From positions 512,001-576,000 of the forward strand of contig CAVPLT010000004.1 in assembly GCA_963706325.1 (NCBI GenBank): a stretch of 64,000 bases of DNA, read 5' to 3'. The stretch's first letter is position 1. Each line of letters begins with the position of its first letter. The notes beneath the pieces are model-generated. The model was not told the DNA's origin and ran no database searches. It saw only the letters and a list, made by a program, of their open reading frames with translations. Source of the stretch: an uncultured Nitrospiraceae bacterium. Its GTDB lineage: Bacteria; Nitrospirota; Nitrospiria; Nitrospirales; Nitrospiraceae. Both the position numbers and the translations under genes were made by a program. Below, piece by piece: positions 41,429 through 51,545 of the stretch.

Positions 41429-42679
41429 TCAGAGTTGCCCGGAGGTGGCTTCGAGCGAGGCGGAGAACAATTCCAGCTGCGCCGGTTTGCTGAGCAGCGA
41501 CGGAAGATCTTCCCGGTCCAATCGCAACAGCCGCTCCGAATAGGCCGGCGTGACAATGAACGGCCGCACCCGGCGCAAGGGGACGCGCAGTTTGCGAAGA
41601 TCATCCAACGTCACCCGATGGTAGCGGCGCATGGAAAGGATTTTGGCGACGTTCTTGTAGCCCAATCCCGGCACGCGCAAAAGCACTTCGCGCGACGCGC
41701 GATTCACATCCACGGGAAAGCGTTCGCGATGTCGCAGAGCCCAGGCCAGTTTCGGGTCGAGATCGAAGGACAGGTTCGGATCGTCGATGGTGGTCAACTC
41801 ATCCATGGAGAAACCATAAAAGCGGGTCAGCCAGTCGGCTTGATAGAGCCGATGTTCACGCACCAATGCCGGCGCCTGCAACGGCAGGCGGGGATCGGCA
41901 TGCGGGTAAGGGCTGAAGGCCGAATAATAGACGCGCTTGAGGCCGTATTGTTGATAGAGATGCGCCGCCGTGGAAAGAATCACGGCATCGGTGCTCGGCG
42001 TGGCCCCGATCACCATCTGGGTCGATTGACCGGCCGGGGCAAATGAAGGCGTGGAACCACGGCGCGATCTCTCCGAGCGCGCTTCCTGCACGCCTTCCTG
42101 AATCTGCGCCATCGTGCCTTCGATCACCGTCATCTGCTTGTCTGGTGCGAGTTGGATCAAGTCAGCCTGCGTCGGCAATTCGATATTGGCGCTGAGACGA
42201 TCCACCCAGCGCCCTGCCTCCTCGATCAGCCGCTGCGACGCGCCCGGTATCGCTTTGAGATGGATGTAGCCCCCGAAGCAGTGAGTTTGCCGCAACGTCC
42301 TCACCACGGCCACGAGCTGTTCCATGGTGTCGTCCGGCGAGCGAAAGATGCCGGAGCTTAAAAACAGGCCTTCGATGTAGTTGCGGCGGTAAAAGTCGAG
42401 CGTGAGGTCCACCACCTCTTGCGGCGTAAAGGCCGCCCGGGGAATGTCGCTCGAAACCCGGTTGACGCAAAAGACGCAATCGTAGACGCAATGGTTCGTG
42501 AGCAGAATTTTCAGCAGTGAGACGCAACGGCCATCCGGGGTGAAACTGTGGCAGATGCTATGGCCATCCGAATGGCCCAGTCCATTCTTCGAGCCAGACC
42601 GTCGGGAGCCTCCGCTGGCGCAGGACACATCATACTTCGCCGCTTCGGCGAGAATTTTCAGCTTGGTAGTGAGCGACAT
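41429..42679 (-). CDS. Putative DNA modification/repair radical SAM protein (TIGR03916-like)
   Basis: AKYDVSCAS, ICHSFTPDGRCVSLLKILLTNHCVYDCVFC, REHRLYQADWL and HhH LLRVPGLG. Confidence 0.93.
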   Translation of the reverse strand: MSLTTKLKILAEAAKYDVSCASGGSRRSGSKNGLGHSDGHSICHSFTPDGRCVSLLKILLTNHCVYDCVFCVNRVSSDIPRAAFTPQEVVDLTLDFYRRNYIEGLFLSSGIFRSPDDTMEQLVAVVRTLRQTHCFGGYIHLKAIPGASQRLIEEAGRWVDRLSANIELPTQADLIQLAPDKQMTVIEGTMAQIQEGVQEARSERSRRGSTPSFAPAGQSTQMVIGATPSTDAVILSTAAHLYQQYGLKRVYYSAFSPYPHADPRLPLQAPALVREHRLYQADWLTRFYGFSMDELTTIDDPNLSFDLDPKLAWALRHRERFPVDVNRASREVLLRVPGLGYKNVAKILSMRRYHRVTLDDLRKLRVPLRRVRPFIVTPAYSERLLRLDREDLPSLLSKPAQLELFSASLEATSGQL

Positions 42680-42956
42680 GAATTATTATACCCGCTAGGC
42701 CAGGATTGAGGGCATCCCATCACGCTCAAATTTTTAGATCGATGGTCACTCTTGCAAGGTGGTACGTGAGATAGCTCTCGGTCGATCGTCGAGGTTTATC
42801 TGCAGGGCAGATAGCCGACTAGACCATGGGTATTGACAGGGGAATGGGAGTGCGCGGGTAGGCTGAGGCGATCGTCAGGAAATCTGTCGGCCGGATAGGA
42901 CCGGGCGAGGCGCGCCGGAAGTGGATCGTGCTTTAGACAGCGAACGTCCTACGCGA

Positions 42957-43301
42957 TCACTCGTCATACTTGCGGGCATTGCCGTAGGACTTCTCGACGG
43001 GATACTTGGTCTCGTTCTTTTTCAACTTCGAGAGCACCGCGGCATTCACATCCAAGCCAAGGTCATGGCAAAGGTACGAGAGGAGGATCACCACATCGGC
43101 GATTTCATCCTCGACGCGTGCTCTCGACGGGCTTTCCAGCAGGCGGGCCACCTCGTCGTGCGATTTCCATTGAAAGATCTCCAGCAGTTCGCTTGCTTCC
43201 ACCGTCATGGCGGCGGCGAGTTCCTTGGGCTTGTGAAACTGCTCCCAGTCACGCTTCCGTCGAAATTCCAGCACCGCCGCCAACACATTCGCGCTCAACA
43301 T
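42957..43301 (-). CDS. MazG-like nucleotide pyrophosphohydrolase (dCTPase-like)
   Basis: RDWEQFHKPKELA, EASELLE, DEIADV and KNETKYP motifs. Confidence 0.9.
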   Translation of the reverse strand: MLSANVLAAVLEFRRKRDWEQFHKPKELAAAMTVEASELLEIFQWKSHDEVARLLESPSRARVEDEIADVVILLSYLCHDLGLDVNAAVLSKLKKNETKYPVEKSYGNARKYDE

Positions 43302-43638
43302 TGAGGTCTTCTCCTGCTATTCATGCTGCGAGATGGACATTGTCTTGGCGTTCGACATCACATAAGGCGCCGGGGAATGCCGGATGCAGCGGCGCCCCAT
43401 CGAGGGCAGTGTACGGGCTCGTGATGATGATTGCCAGACCTGACGCAGCTGTGATGCCTTTATCGTAGGGGGGAGCCTAATTGAAAAATGGTAGCGAGTA
43501 GGTAGAGGATGAGGCAGGAACAGGCAGGCTACGAGAGGGTCCACGGATCTCTTTGGTTTCTGTCTGTCTCCATTGGCTGAAAATCAACGCGCGGGCCACT
43601 CTGCACGCGCGTATTGTCCCGTCACTGCAGGAGGTCCG

Positions 43639-44190
43639 ATGATGAAACTACGACCGGCGTTCGCATTGTTTGCGCTCTTGTTTCTCGGCCCTCCTCTCTA
43701 TGCGCAGAACCTCTGCGCGGATTGTTTCTATGCGGCTGAGGGAGAGGCGCAAAAATGTCTCGAGAGTGTCACCGGGCCAAGCGAACGGAATGCGTGCCTA
43801 GATAACCGGCAGGCGCAGATAAAGGCCTGCAGCCAGGATGACTGTAAGGTGGTAAGAGAAGAAACGGCGGCGACGGAGGCGCGACCGACCCCCAGTCGGC
43901 CTGGCCTTGGGACGTACAGCCCGACGGAAGGCGAGTGGCTGGCGTTGGTCATGAGGGCTACCCTCAGACGGGAGGCCACACCCGACAACCCCTATTCGCT
44001 CGACGTCGTCCTCGCCGGTCCCGACACGCTGCAAATCCTCGCTCGATATCGTCCACCCCTGACCCGAGAGGGTCTGGGCAAGACCATGGAGGCCGCCAGG
44101 GAAGCCATTAAAAACCAGGCGAAGGCCTATGGGTGGGACAAATGGGTGAAGATTCGTGAGACGGTCGAGCTGGAGCCGGGCAAGAAATGA
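43639..44190 (+). CDS. Secreted hypothetical protein with Cys-rich N-terminal region
   Basis: Signal peptide MMKLRPAFALFALLFLGPPLYA; six Cys; GGAGG RBS. Confidence 0.7.
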   Translation: MMKLRPAFALFALLFLGPPLYAQNLCADCFYAAEGEAQKCLESVTGPSERNACLDNRQAQIKACSQDDCKVVREETAATEARPTPSRPGLGTYSPTEGEWLALVMRATLRREATPDNPYSLDVVLAGPDTLQILARYRPPLTREGLGKTMEAAREAIKNQAKAYGWDKWVKIRETVELEPGKK

Positions 44191-44335
44191 GCCGATTAAA
44201 GCTACCAAATCTTTCCACTATACTGAGCGCGGCAGCCAATCTTGAGGCGTATGAAACTGTTCCTAATTGAGCTTCTGTTGAAACTCCAGCAGGGCTGTCA
44301 GGACATCATTGTTAACCATGGACCTATCTCATCTC

Positions 44336-45280
44336 TCACCCAAGATAAACATTGCCGTTGTGCCATTCCAAAAACTGCGAGGAAGGGCGATCCGATTGCA
44401 TCGAAGGCAAGACGACCAACTTTCTGCCATCCATCGCATAGTAATCCCGGCCATTTTCGAATTCCTCTTTGATCTTCCTACTCACTTCGACTGAAAGGTC
44501 TGGTGTGACTGTCAAATAGCCTGAATCGAACAGTTTGTGAAGGTCGGAGCGAAGCAGTAAACCGTTCGCTGTAGTGTGTGGGCCTAAACTGGAGAATGGT
44601 TGAATGTGAGCGGCTTCAAGTACCGGCAATGTGCGTTCGCCGGTGATGGCGCAACGGCGCGTGTACGCCTCTGTAACAAGAACTCGAAAAGCCCCTTGAC
44701 CAAGTCTGGCTCTGGTTAGGAACTCCGAACCGTACCTTGCCACCTCTTCCGCCGATGGAGAGGCGCCGTCCGCGCGTGGAGGGAGATCTTTCGGAACGAC
44801 TCTCGCAAGTCCGTCGTGGACCGCCATCCAAACCTCATGCCCTACGCTCTCTTCGCTATCATAACTTTTCCCCTGAACAATGCTCGAGGCCCAGTTTGAG
44901 GGTGCGGGAATCCAATCCTCCCTCTTGAGGAAGAAAGGGGCCGTCAAAATGGTGGATCCGATGACTGGATCATGCTCGGGAGGCTTGGTTGATCTGAATT
45001 TCGTAATCAGCGTCCGTAATGATTCAAGCGATGGAGCGCCGTTCTTTATTCCGAATGCTTCCCAAGCCAGGGACAAGGGTAGGTTCGAATGTTTGACGAA
45101 GAAACCGCCCCCGACGATGAAATTTTGAGGGCTATGTAGCTTGAAAAGGAATAGTGCACCAATGGGGATCACCTGGAACGTGCCCGTTCCGCCCGGCCGC
45201 CAGAAGTTGACCTCATCCGGCTTTTGCGAGGCAAGGAACTCAAACCACTTATTGTCCGTTACGCCGACATAGAATTTCAT
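44336..45280 (-). CDS. HNH endonuclease (putative restriction endonuclease)
   Basis: RLGQGAFR..AY..RCAITG, LEAAHI, NGLLLRSDLHKLFD and FLEWH motifs. Confidence 0.9.
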   Translation of the reverse strand: MKFYVGVTDNKWFEFLASQKPDEVNFWRPGGTGTFQVIPIGALFLFKLHSPQNFIVGGGFFVKHSNLPLSLAWEAFGIKNGAPSLESLRTLITKFRSTKPPEHDPVIGSTILTAPFFLKREDWIPAPSNWASSIVQGKSYDSEESVGHEVWMAVHDGLARVVPKDLPPRADGASPSAEEVARYGSEFLTRARLGQGAFRVLVTEAYTRRCAITGERTLPVLEAAHIQPFSSLGPHTTANGLLLRSDLHKLFDSGYLTVTPDLSVEVSRKIKEEFENGRDYYAMDGRKLVVLPSMQSDRPSSQFLEWHNGNVYLG

Positions 45281-45303
45281 TGCATCAGTACCGCGGTGCG
45301 TGT

Positions 45304-45822
45304 TTAAGCATTCTTTCTCCAATCTGTCCTGAACCCGAGTGCCCGATTTAAGGCGAACGGATCACACGACTGAGTACCTAGACTGTTGCACACGTCGGGC
45401 AGGTGACGGTTCTGACGCGTTTTTGACGGCTTCGAGACCTCGGATGTCACCACCATCCGCGTAATGGGGGCGGCCATTGCGTAAGCCACGAGGAACGGGT
45501 CCCGTCCAAGCTGCTCTAGTTCAGTATCTGTCAGATTGGTGGCGTAGCCCATTGTGATTGCCTTTTGCACTAGAGCAACATCGACGCTCTCGTCTAGCAG
45601 AAAAGCACTCTTAACATCTAATTCCTGAACCCAGCCGTAGAGTAGGTCCTTCTCTCCGTTATTAGGGCCATCATTTATTTCCTCGAAGATTTCCACAGGG
45701 ATCTTTACATATCCCTGTTGCGCCATATGTAGCAGCCACTCCCAGAATTCCGGGACCGACTCTACTGGGTAGTAGGAGTTGTTGGCCGTGATAAGGATGC
45801 TGGCATCGAGAAGGTAAAGCAT
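45304..45822 (-). CDS. DUF4411 family PIN-like protein
   Basis: YLLDASILI...YYP...FWEWL, DPFLVAYA, VVTSE and LPDVC motifs. Confidence 0.85.
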   Translation of the reverse strand: MLYLLDASILITANNSYYPVESVPEFWEWLLHMAQQGYVKIPVEIFEEINDGPNNGEKDLLYGWVQELDVKSAFLLDESVDVALVQKAITMGYATNLTDTELEQLGRDPFLVAYAMAAPITRMVVTSEVSKPSKTRQNRHLPDVCNSLGTQSCDPFALNRALGFRTDWRKNA

Positions 45823-45825
45823 CCG

Positions 45826-47013
45826 TTATTCTCTGGTGCCAGTGGTGCGAAGACGACTTGGAGTCATCAGCAACGGATAAACGCTGCGTGGCTTCACGCC
45901 AAGAACCTTTGCAGCCTTCACGGGGGTGAGTGTCCCCGCCCCAATGGATCGGTCGACCAAATTGAGTAGTGCCTGGCCCAAATGATAGCGCCGTACCACG
46001 TAGTAGGATGGCCCACTGCCAGCTACCTTTTCCTTCTGCTTCCGCACGGCCGTTTCTCTAATCCAGAGATCATTTAGTGTCCCATCAAGACGGCCCCAAG
46101 CCGCCTGACTTAGCTGGCCAGATCGAAACAGTGCGTAGGCCACCATTTTCCGACTTAGATGGCGGGCATTGGCAAAACTGCTAACCAGCTGAATCAGATC
46201 CTCGGACGGCGTGTCGTTGTGAATCCTTAGCGTGACCAACTCTTCCTTCGGCAGAAGAAAGTTGCTGGCTACTTCATTGCAAAACTTTTCTACCGCCTGC
46301 TCCGTGCTGCTACCGCTTATGCCGGATGTGCCTAACCACAGATGCGCGATTTCGTGCATTAACGTAAACGACCATGCTGTCTTTGCGTCTTGGTCATTAA
46401 TGATCACAAATGGTGCGAACTTGTCCGCGATGACAAACCCACGAAAGGTTTCGACCGCGATGGCGCTATGGTGACTGCCCAGATTCCCGATCAATAAAAC
46501 AAAGATCCCGGCACTTTCCGCCTTATTGCGTAAATACGAAAAGGCCTCTTTCGCAGTTTTCTGCTGCCGATAGTCAGCAATGTTGATCTGCAGCGTGTTC
46601 TGAATGGACGCGAGAACAGAATCAACGCTGTTCCGCATTGACTTGGAGCCGATAAAGGCCAAGGGCGCGGCCTCATCATCGTCTTCCGCCAGCGAACGCA
46701 CGACCGCCTGCCGTGCCTTAACGTCACGAATCAAGGCATCAAGCAAGGCGTCAACGGTGATCGAGCGGCTCTCAGGAAGTGTTCTGAAATCCTCGCCGCG
46801 ATCCCCCTTCTTGGGTGGCACCGGCAGGTAGAAAGTCACCAGCGGCCTGCGGTATTGCTTAGCCATTTTTAGGACGAGAGACCGGGACGGTTCTTCACCG
46901 CCAGATTCTATGGCCCTCAGCCGCTCAGCATCTTTAACGCCGAGAGCACTGGCGGCTTGTTCTAAAGACAGGCCCGAGGTTTCGCGCGCCCAGCGGAACA
47001 GCTCAGCGTTCAT
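45826..47013 (-). CDS. Xre-HTH plus ImmA/IrrE (M78) metallopeptidase
   Basis: N-terminal WARETSGLSLEQAA HTH; FRGF, FTLMHEIAHLWL (HExxH), EKFCNEVASNFLLP. Confidence 0.9.
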   Translation of the reverse strand: MNAELFRWARETSGLSLEQAASALGVKDAERLRAIESGGEEPSRSLVLKMAKQYRRPLVTFYLPVPPKKGDRGEDFRTLPESRSITVDALLDALIRDVKARQAVVRSLAEDDDEAAPLAFIGSKSMRNSVDSVLASIQNTLQINIADYRQQKTAKEAFSYLRNKAESAGIFVLLIGNLGSHHSAIAVETFRGFVIADKFAPFVIINDQDAKTAWSFTLMHEIAHLWLGTSGISGSSTEQAVEKFCNEVASNFLLPKEELVTLRIHNDTPSEDLIQLVSSFANARHLSRKMVAYALFRSGQLSQAAWGRLDGTLNDLWIRETAVRKQKEKVAGSGPSYYVVRRYHLGQALLNLVDRSIGAGTLTPVKAAKVLGVKPRSVYPLLMTPSRLRTTGTRE

Positions 47014-47558
47014 AGCCCTCGTTTGGTGGCTCGCATGTTATTTCACGCACTGACTATCTGGGATGGTTTTCTCGTCACTAGCAACGCCACAGGTCCGACC
47101 TGCTTGAGACAGTGGATCGCGTATAGACACGCTAGCCTTATTTGTCACGACAGGCTTGAGCGAGCAAATTGAAGGTCATAATTAGAAGTGGGAAGCTCCA
47201 ATGACATTCATCTAGGGATTGCATGCAGCCTCGCTAGTTCCAGCCATGACACCGATAGACTCTGCCAGCACTTGGCTTATGCCGCCGCAGGATACCTTTT
47301 CCCATGTTTTTAATCACTTGCGTTTTTACGAGGAAATGCCGCTGGAAGCGTATGACGAGGGAGATGGCACCCGTCCATACTCAACGTTCCATGGGAAATG
47401 GAAACAACGTGCCGCATGTAGGATGTAGAGTGGTCGGAAGGGAAGAACTAAAGAACCCAGAGGAACTAGATGAGCCAAAGATACCAAGCGAATGGGAAGG
47501 TGGGGGTGTCTGAATGTCATCTGAGATCCGGGGGTACCTGCGCCACACCGTGGATGCG

Positions 47559-48080
47559 CTATCTGGTGTGGTCCTGACATCGTGCCTGCCAGTCATCTCC
47601 CATTCCCTTGCTGCCGACGATGATGACTTCTTGTCCGGCGCGGACTGAGCAGGTGATGCGCAACGGCGACGTGGAGGCCCAGACGACTCGAGAACCTTCA
47701 TTCGGTCTAGCACCCATTGGAGCCGGCCTTCCCCCCAGGACCATGCCCGAGCTCATGACAGGGGCGTCCGCTTTCGGAGACTGTTGCTTGGCGCTCAGCT
47801 CGATGTGGTGTTCACCCGGCAACAAGGCGAAGTCGGCGCAGCTGTTGGTAATGTCCTCGCCGTCAATTTGCGTCGTCATGATCGTCAGTCCGCTCCCTTC
47901 GTTGCATCCACTGCGTACGATCCCCACCTGCTCCTTGGGGAGCGGCGGTCCGTCATACATTTGTCGCGGGCTCAGACTCTGGGCACAGCCCATGGCCACG
48001 AGTCCGGTTACTATGAGGAACGCGTGGCGTGACCACCGTAATGCTGGGCCGAAAAAACCAGGGGCAGGTTGCGTCATCAT
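47559..48080 (-). CDS. Hypothetical lipoprotein
   Basis: Hydrophobic stretch ending in VAMGC lipobox; GAGG RBS. Confidence 0.65.
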   Translation of the reverse strand: MMTQPAPGFFGPALRWSRHAFLIVTGLVAMGCAQSLSPRQMYDGPPLPKEQVGIVRSGCNEGSGLTIMTTQIDGEDITNSCADFALLPGEHHIELSAKQQSPKADAPVMSSGMVLGGRPAPMGARPNEGSRVVWASTSPLRITCSVRAGQEVIIVGSKGMGDDWQARCQDHTR

Positions 48081-48351
48081 CCAATCACCTCTAGATCACC
48101 GGCTGTTGAGGTTGTTTCGCCCGATATGGCTCAACGCAGGCGAAGGTTCCATACAGTATCGCTGCCGAAGCATACCGGTTTCGCCGCGAGAAATCACCTC
48201 GTCTCAGGGATAGAGTTGAATGGATTGCTGCCTTCATGAAGCTTATCCCGTCTTGGATCAAAGCGTTCGAATGCCGGTGGGCAACCGGTAAGAGATACAG
48301 CGTTGCCGGGTGGGAGGCCACCCATAATCACGACGTCGGGACAGAGAAGCC

Positions 48352-48645
48352 CTAGGCAGCTTTGGCGGCAGCTTTTTCTAACAATTCGTGAATCAGCGAC
48401 TGATAGGGCTTTCCTTGCTTGGCGGCCATCTTGCGAAGTTGGCTCAACAGCTTCGGGGAGAGACGAATGGCGATCAGCTGCTTGGCCATGCCGCTGGCCG
48501 GTCGGCCGGCCCGACGCATGCGCTGTAACTCTGCGTCCGTGGCTTCCGGAATGTCGGAGAAATCAATCTGCGAGTCGGGTATAGGCTTGACGTTCTTTTC
48601 GACTCGCCTGCCTTGCGCAGATGATCCGGATGGTTTCTTTTTCAC
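48352..48645 (-). CDS. BrnA-like (RHH) antitoxin
   Basis: IDFSDIPE...GRP...KQLIAIRL...PYQSLIHELL; overlaps the upstream brnT-like gene. Confidence 0.82.
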   Translation of the reverse strand: MKKKPSGSSAQGRRVEKNVKPIPDSQIDFSDIPEATDAELQRMRRAGRPASGMAKQLIAIRLSPKLLSQLRKMAAKQGKPYQSLIHELLEKAAAKAA

Positions 48646-48852
48646 GGTCTCGCCTTCGTATCGTATTCACCACGAAAAGGATTCGGCCAGACAGCGATCG
48701 TCCTATGCGCTGACGACGAGGTTCCTGCGCGGAGTGTTGAGGATCGTCTTCGTCAATTCATTGGCGTCGACAAAGATGGTGCTCGCCTCTTCGAAGGGGA
48801 TACCATGTTTTTCGAAGTTGGCAATGGCCTTCGTGATGTCCCATGTGAACAC
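48563..48852 (-). pseudogene. BrnT-family toxin, frameshifted
   Basis: GTG at 48852 gives FTWDITKAIANFEKHGIPFEEASTIF; after a shift near 48755 it reads DDPQHSAQEPRRQRIGRS..ILFVV..TIRIICARQASRKERQAY; span 290 nt. Confidence 0.82.
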
Positions 48853-48879
48853 ATTCTCGTATATACGCTAATGCTTCCT

Positions 48880-48970
48880 CGGTCGCAAGTCTCAGTGACG
48901 GCGATGACGCGCCCTACATTGAGATGGCCGGCGACCAGCATGTCGCTTATGACGTTCACGCGAGAGCGAT
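48880..48970 (-). repeat. Decayed copy of the DAACS symporter 3' end (distal copy)
   Basis: Encodes VNVISDMLVAGHLNVG versus VNVLSDMLVAILLDVG in 52773-54131. Confidence 0.7.
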
Positions 48971-49104
48971 GTGTAGCAACGGCTCTCCGGTTGCGCGAGC
49001 CTAAGGGATCATCTAGGCTCTGTTCTCAAGCTGTCCCTTGCGCGTCGTGAACGATGCGCAAGGGCTGATCGACCAGTTCAACGGTGTGGGAGAGGAGGAG
49101 TGCT

Positions 49105-50373
49105 GTGACTGTGACCGAGGAGATCCTGCCGACGAAGACCGATGACTATGTTCGCATGCGGGCCTTGGCCACGGGACTTTTGTTATTCATGGCGCTGCTG
49201 TTCCTCGTCGCTCTGTTCAACCAAGAGGCGCATCCTTTGTTCGCATGGCTGCGGGCCTTCGCCGAGGCCGCGATGGTGGGCGCACTCGCCGACTGGTATG
49301 CGGTGACGGCGCTGTTCAGACATCCTCTCGGGTTGCCGATCCCGCACACGGCCATCATCTCCGGAAATACCGAGCGCATTGCCTCCAACATTGGCAGCCT
49401 CACCCAGCGGAAGCTGGTCACGCCGGGCGGGATCGCCAAGCTGGTCGGTTCCTGGCGTATCCCTGACGAGCTGATCGAGGCGCTCCTCGCTCCCGAACGC
49501 CGGCGCGCGCTGACTCACGAGCTGGCCCAGCTGCTGGTGCGGGCACTCAACGCGTCGGAAGATGCGGCGATGCAGCGGGTACTTCGTGACATTGTCACCA
49601 AGGTTATCCGTGGGGTGACGGTCGCGCCTCTGGCCGGTCGCATGTTGTCTAGCTTTCTCGAAAGCCACCAACGGGATCGGCTCTTACATGACATCCTGTC
49701 GGCGGCGCTCGAGTACCTTGAGACCCACAGAGTTTCTTTGAGCAGGACCGTGGCGGGAAAACTCCCCTGGTCGCGCCTGCTCAGTTTCGTGAAGCTGGAT
49801 GACCGGGTGTCTCAGAAAGTGTTGGATTCTTTCTACGACACGCTCAGCACGATGCGAGACGATCCGCACGATCCGCTGAGGCTGAAGGCGATTGGGCGGC
49901 TGCATGATTTGTCGCGGTGGCTCATACAGTCCGAGGACGCCTTGACGCGGGAGGCGTCACTCAAGGACAAGCTGCTGGCTTACGACACCTTGCTGCAGTT
50001 CTTTGATGATTCATGGCACCAGCTCAAACAGTGGATGCTCGACGATTTGACCCAGGAGCCATCCGACATCAGGGCCTATCTCGATACCGCCTTGGCCGAT
50101 GTGGGGCGCACGTTGCAGCGGGATGCCGCCTTGCGGAGCATGTTGCACGATGGCGTGCAGGGTCTGGTCGAGGCGCTCGCGACCAGACACAGCGACAAGA
50201 TCGGGGAGTTGGTAGCCAACACGGTCCGGGAATGGTCCCCGGCTCAGATGGTGGAGACCATCGAACGGGAGGTCGGCAAGGATCTGCAATACATTCGCAT
50301 CAATGGAACGCTCGTCGGCGGCCTCGTGGGATTGCTCCTCCATGCTCTGGCGCTGTGGATCGGGGGATGGTAA
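49105..50373 (+). CDS. DUF445 family membrane protein
   Basis: AEAAMVGALADWYAVTALFRHPLGLPIPHTAII and GKDLQYIRINGTLVGGLVG. Confidence 0.92.
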   Translation: MTVTEEILPTKTDDYVRMRALATGLLLFMALLFLVALFNQEAHPLFAWLRAFAEAAMVGALADWYAVTALFRHPLGLPIPHTAIISGNTERIASNIGSLTQRKLVTPGGIAKLVGSWRIPDELIEALLAPERRRALTHELAQLLVRALNASEDAAMQRVLRDIVTKVIRGVTVAPLAGRMLSSFLESHQRDRLLHDILSAALEYLETHRVSLSRTVAGKLPWSRLLSFVKLDDRVSQKVLDSFYDTLSTMRDDPHDPLRLKAIGRLHDLSRWLIQSEDALTREASLKDKLLAYDTLLQFFDDSWHQLKQWMLDDLTQEPSDIRAYLDTALADVGRTLQRDAALRSMLHDGVQGLVEALATRHSDKIGELVANTVREWSPAQMVETIEREVGKDLQYIRINGTLVGGLVGLLLHALALWIGGW

Positions 50374-50461
50374 ACGGAGGGAGTGCTACCATGCGCCATG
50401 CATGGTCCTACGTTGTGGGCCGGCAAAAGAGGGGAACTGTCGTAGCGCGCGAGACGTCGGG

Positions 50462-50814
50462 TTAGCCTTTTGATGGGCGCTTGGGCATGTGTTTGAGGAG
50501 AGTGTTGATTTGTTTCTTGAGGGTAGGTAGATCTCGTTCCACCACTGCCCACACTTCTCCCAGGTCAATGCCGAGATAGTCATGGACCAACACATGGCGC
50601 ATTTTGATGATCTGCGGCCAGGGGACGTGCTGATGAGTCTCGCGAAACTTGGGGGTGAGCTGGCTTGCTGCTTCGCCGATGATCTGACTATGGTGAATCA
50701 TCCAGGTGTGGATGAGTTCATCTTCCTCGAAGACTCGCCTGCCGCGCTTTGCATACCGTTCAATCCGCCTGATGGCATCACGGATACCCCGAGGCGGTTG
50801 CGATGCTCCCTCAT
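50462..50814 (-). pseudogene. HepT/DUF86 HEPN toxin, frameshifted near the 5' end
   Basis: ATG overlapping the MNT stop (ctATGA) gives MREHRNRL, then a shift to IRDAIRRI..IIGEAA..PWPQIIKMRHVLVHDY (RxxxxH); span 353 nt. Confidence 0.8.
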
Positions 50815-51101
50815 AGGGTGATCGCGTCTTTGAGGACTTCCTTCCGAATCGGTCCGCGAAGTCCGCGCTCCGAGGCGACGTCAACCGGCCGTTTGAGCAG
50901 GCGTTCCAAATCCAGAATTAAGGCCGAACGATCGAGAAGGCTGCGGCCTTCTTCCATGTCCACGAGGAAGTCGACGTCGCTTCCTCGCCGGGCCGTTCCT
51001 CTCGCCACCGACCCGAACAGCCGCACCTTTCGTGCGCCGTGACGCGCGGCGATCTCAAGGATTGCTTTTCTTTTAGACTGAAGCAGCCGGCGGATACTCA
51101 T
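50811..51101 (-). CDS. MNT nucleotidyltransferase antitoxin
   Basis: RLFGSVARG..SDVDFLV and VDV motifs; 96 aa; AAGGAG RBS. Confidence 0.9.
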   Translation of the reverse strand: MSIRRLLQSKRKAILEIAARHGARKVRLFGSVARGTARRGSDVDFLVDMEEGRSLLDRSALILDLERLLKRPVDVASERGLRGPIRKEVLKDAITL

Positions 51102-51291
51102 TCCTCGTCTCCTTCCCTCAGTTTATCCAATTCATGGGTTGAACGCCAGCAAGTGACCGATCCTGTGTTCAAGTTGTTTGGAGAGGCGTTGGCGAGACCG
51201 GAGGTCGAACAGATGCTCGAAGAAGTGCTCCAGAATGGTCATGTGGTTGCGCCGCGCTTTGGAGCATGCTCAAGATGGCGCTAAGCCAATT

Positions 51292-51463
51292 GCCGGCACT
51301 CCTCAGGAAATCTGTGGCTCGGTGGGAGGAGTGGCTTCGGCTGGGCACGGGATGGCAGCTGGTTCGGTGGCGGGCGTGAGGACGTGCCCTCTATCGAGGA
51401 GGATGGCGACTATGTCGCTCATGACGTTCACGCCCTAGCGGGCGCGGGCGATGATTCAATCCA
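51292..51463 (-). repeat. Decayed copy of the DAACS symporter 3' end (proximal copy)
   Basis: Aligns with 52762-52933: CTCAGGAAATCTGTGGCTCGGT, GAGTGGCTTCGGCTGGGCA, GACGTTCACGCC, CGGGCGCGGGCGATGAT.CAATCCA. Confidence 0.92.
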
Positions 51464-51545
51464 AGCTCAAGACTCCGTATTCTCTTTTATTCAGGTTTCA
51501 ATGTCTCAATAGCGTAATGGGAGTCCGAAATAGGGTAACAACCCG

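Noticed and set aside
47200..47520. AT-rich stretch with short overlapping ORFs
   Set aside because: May be a decayed gene, but no recognisable family or clear start signal.
50462..50884. Intact 140-aa HEPN ORF from the ORF track
   Set aside because: Its N-terminus overlaps MNT and is non-homologous; the natural ATGA-coupled start at 50814 is out of frame.
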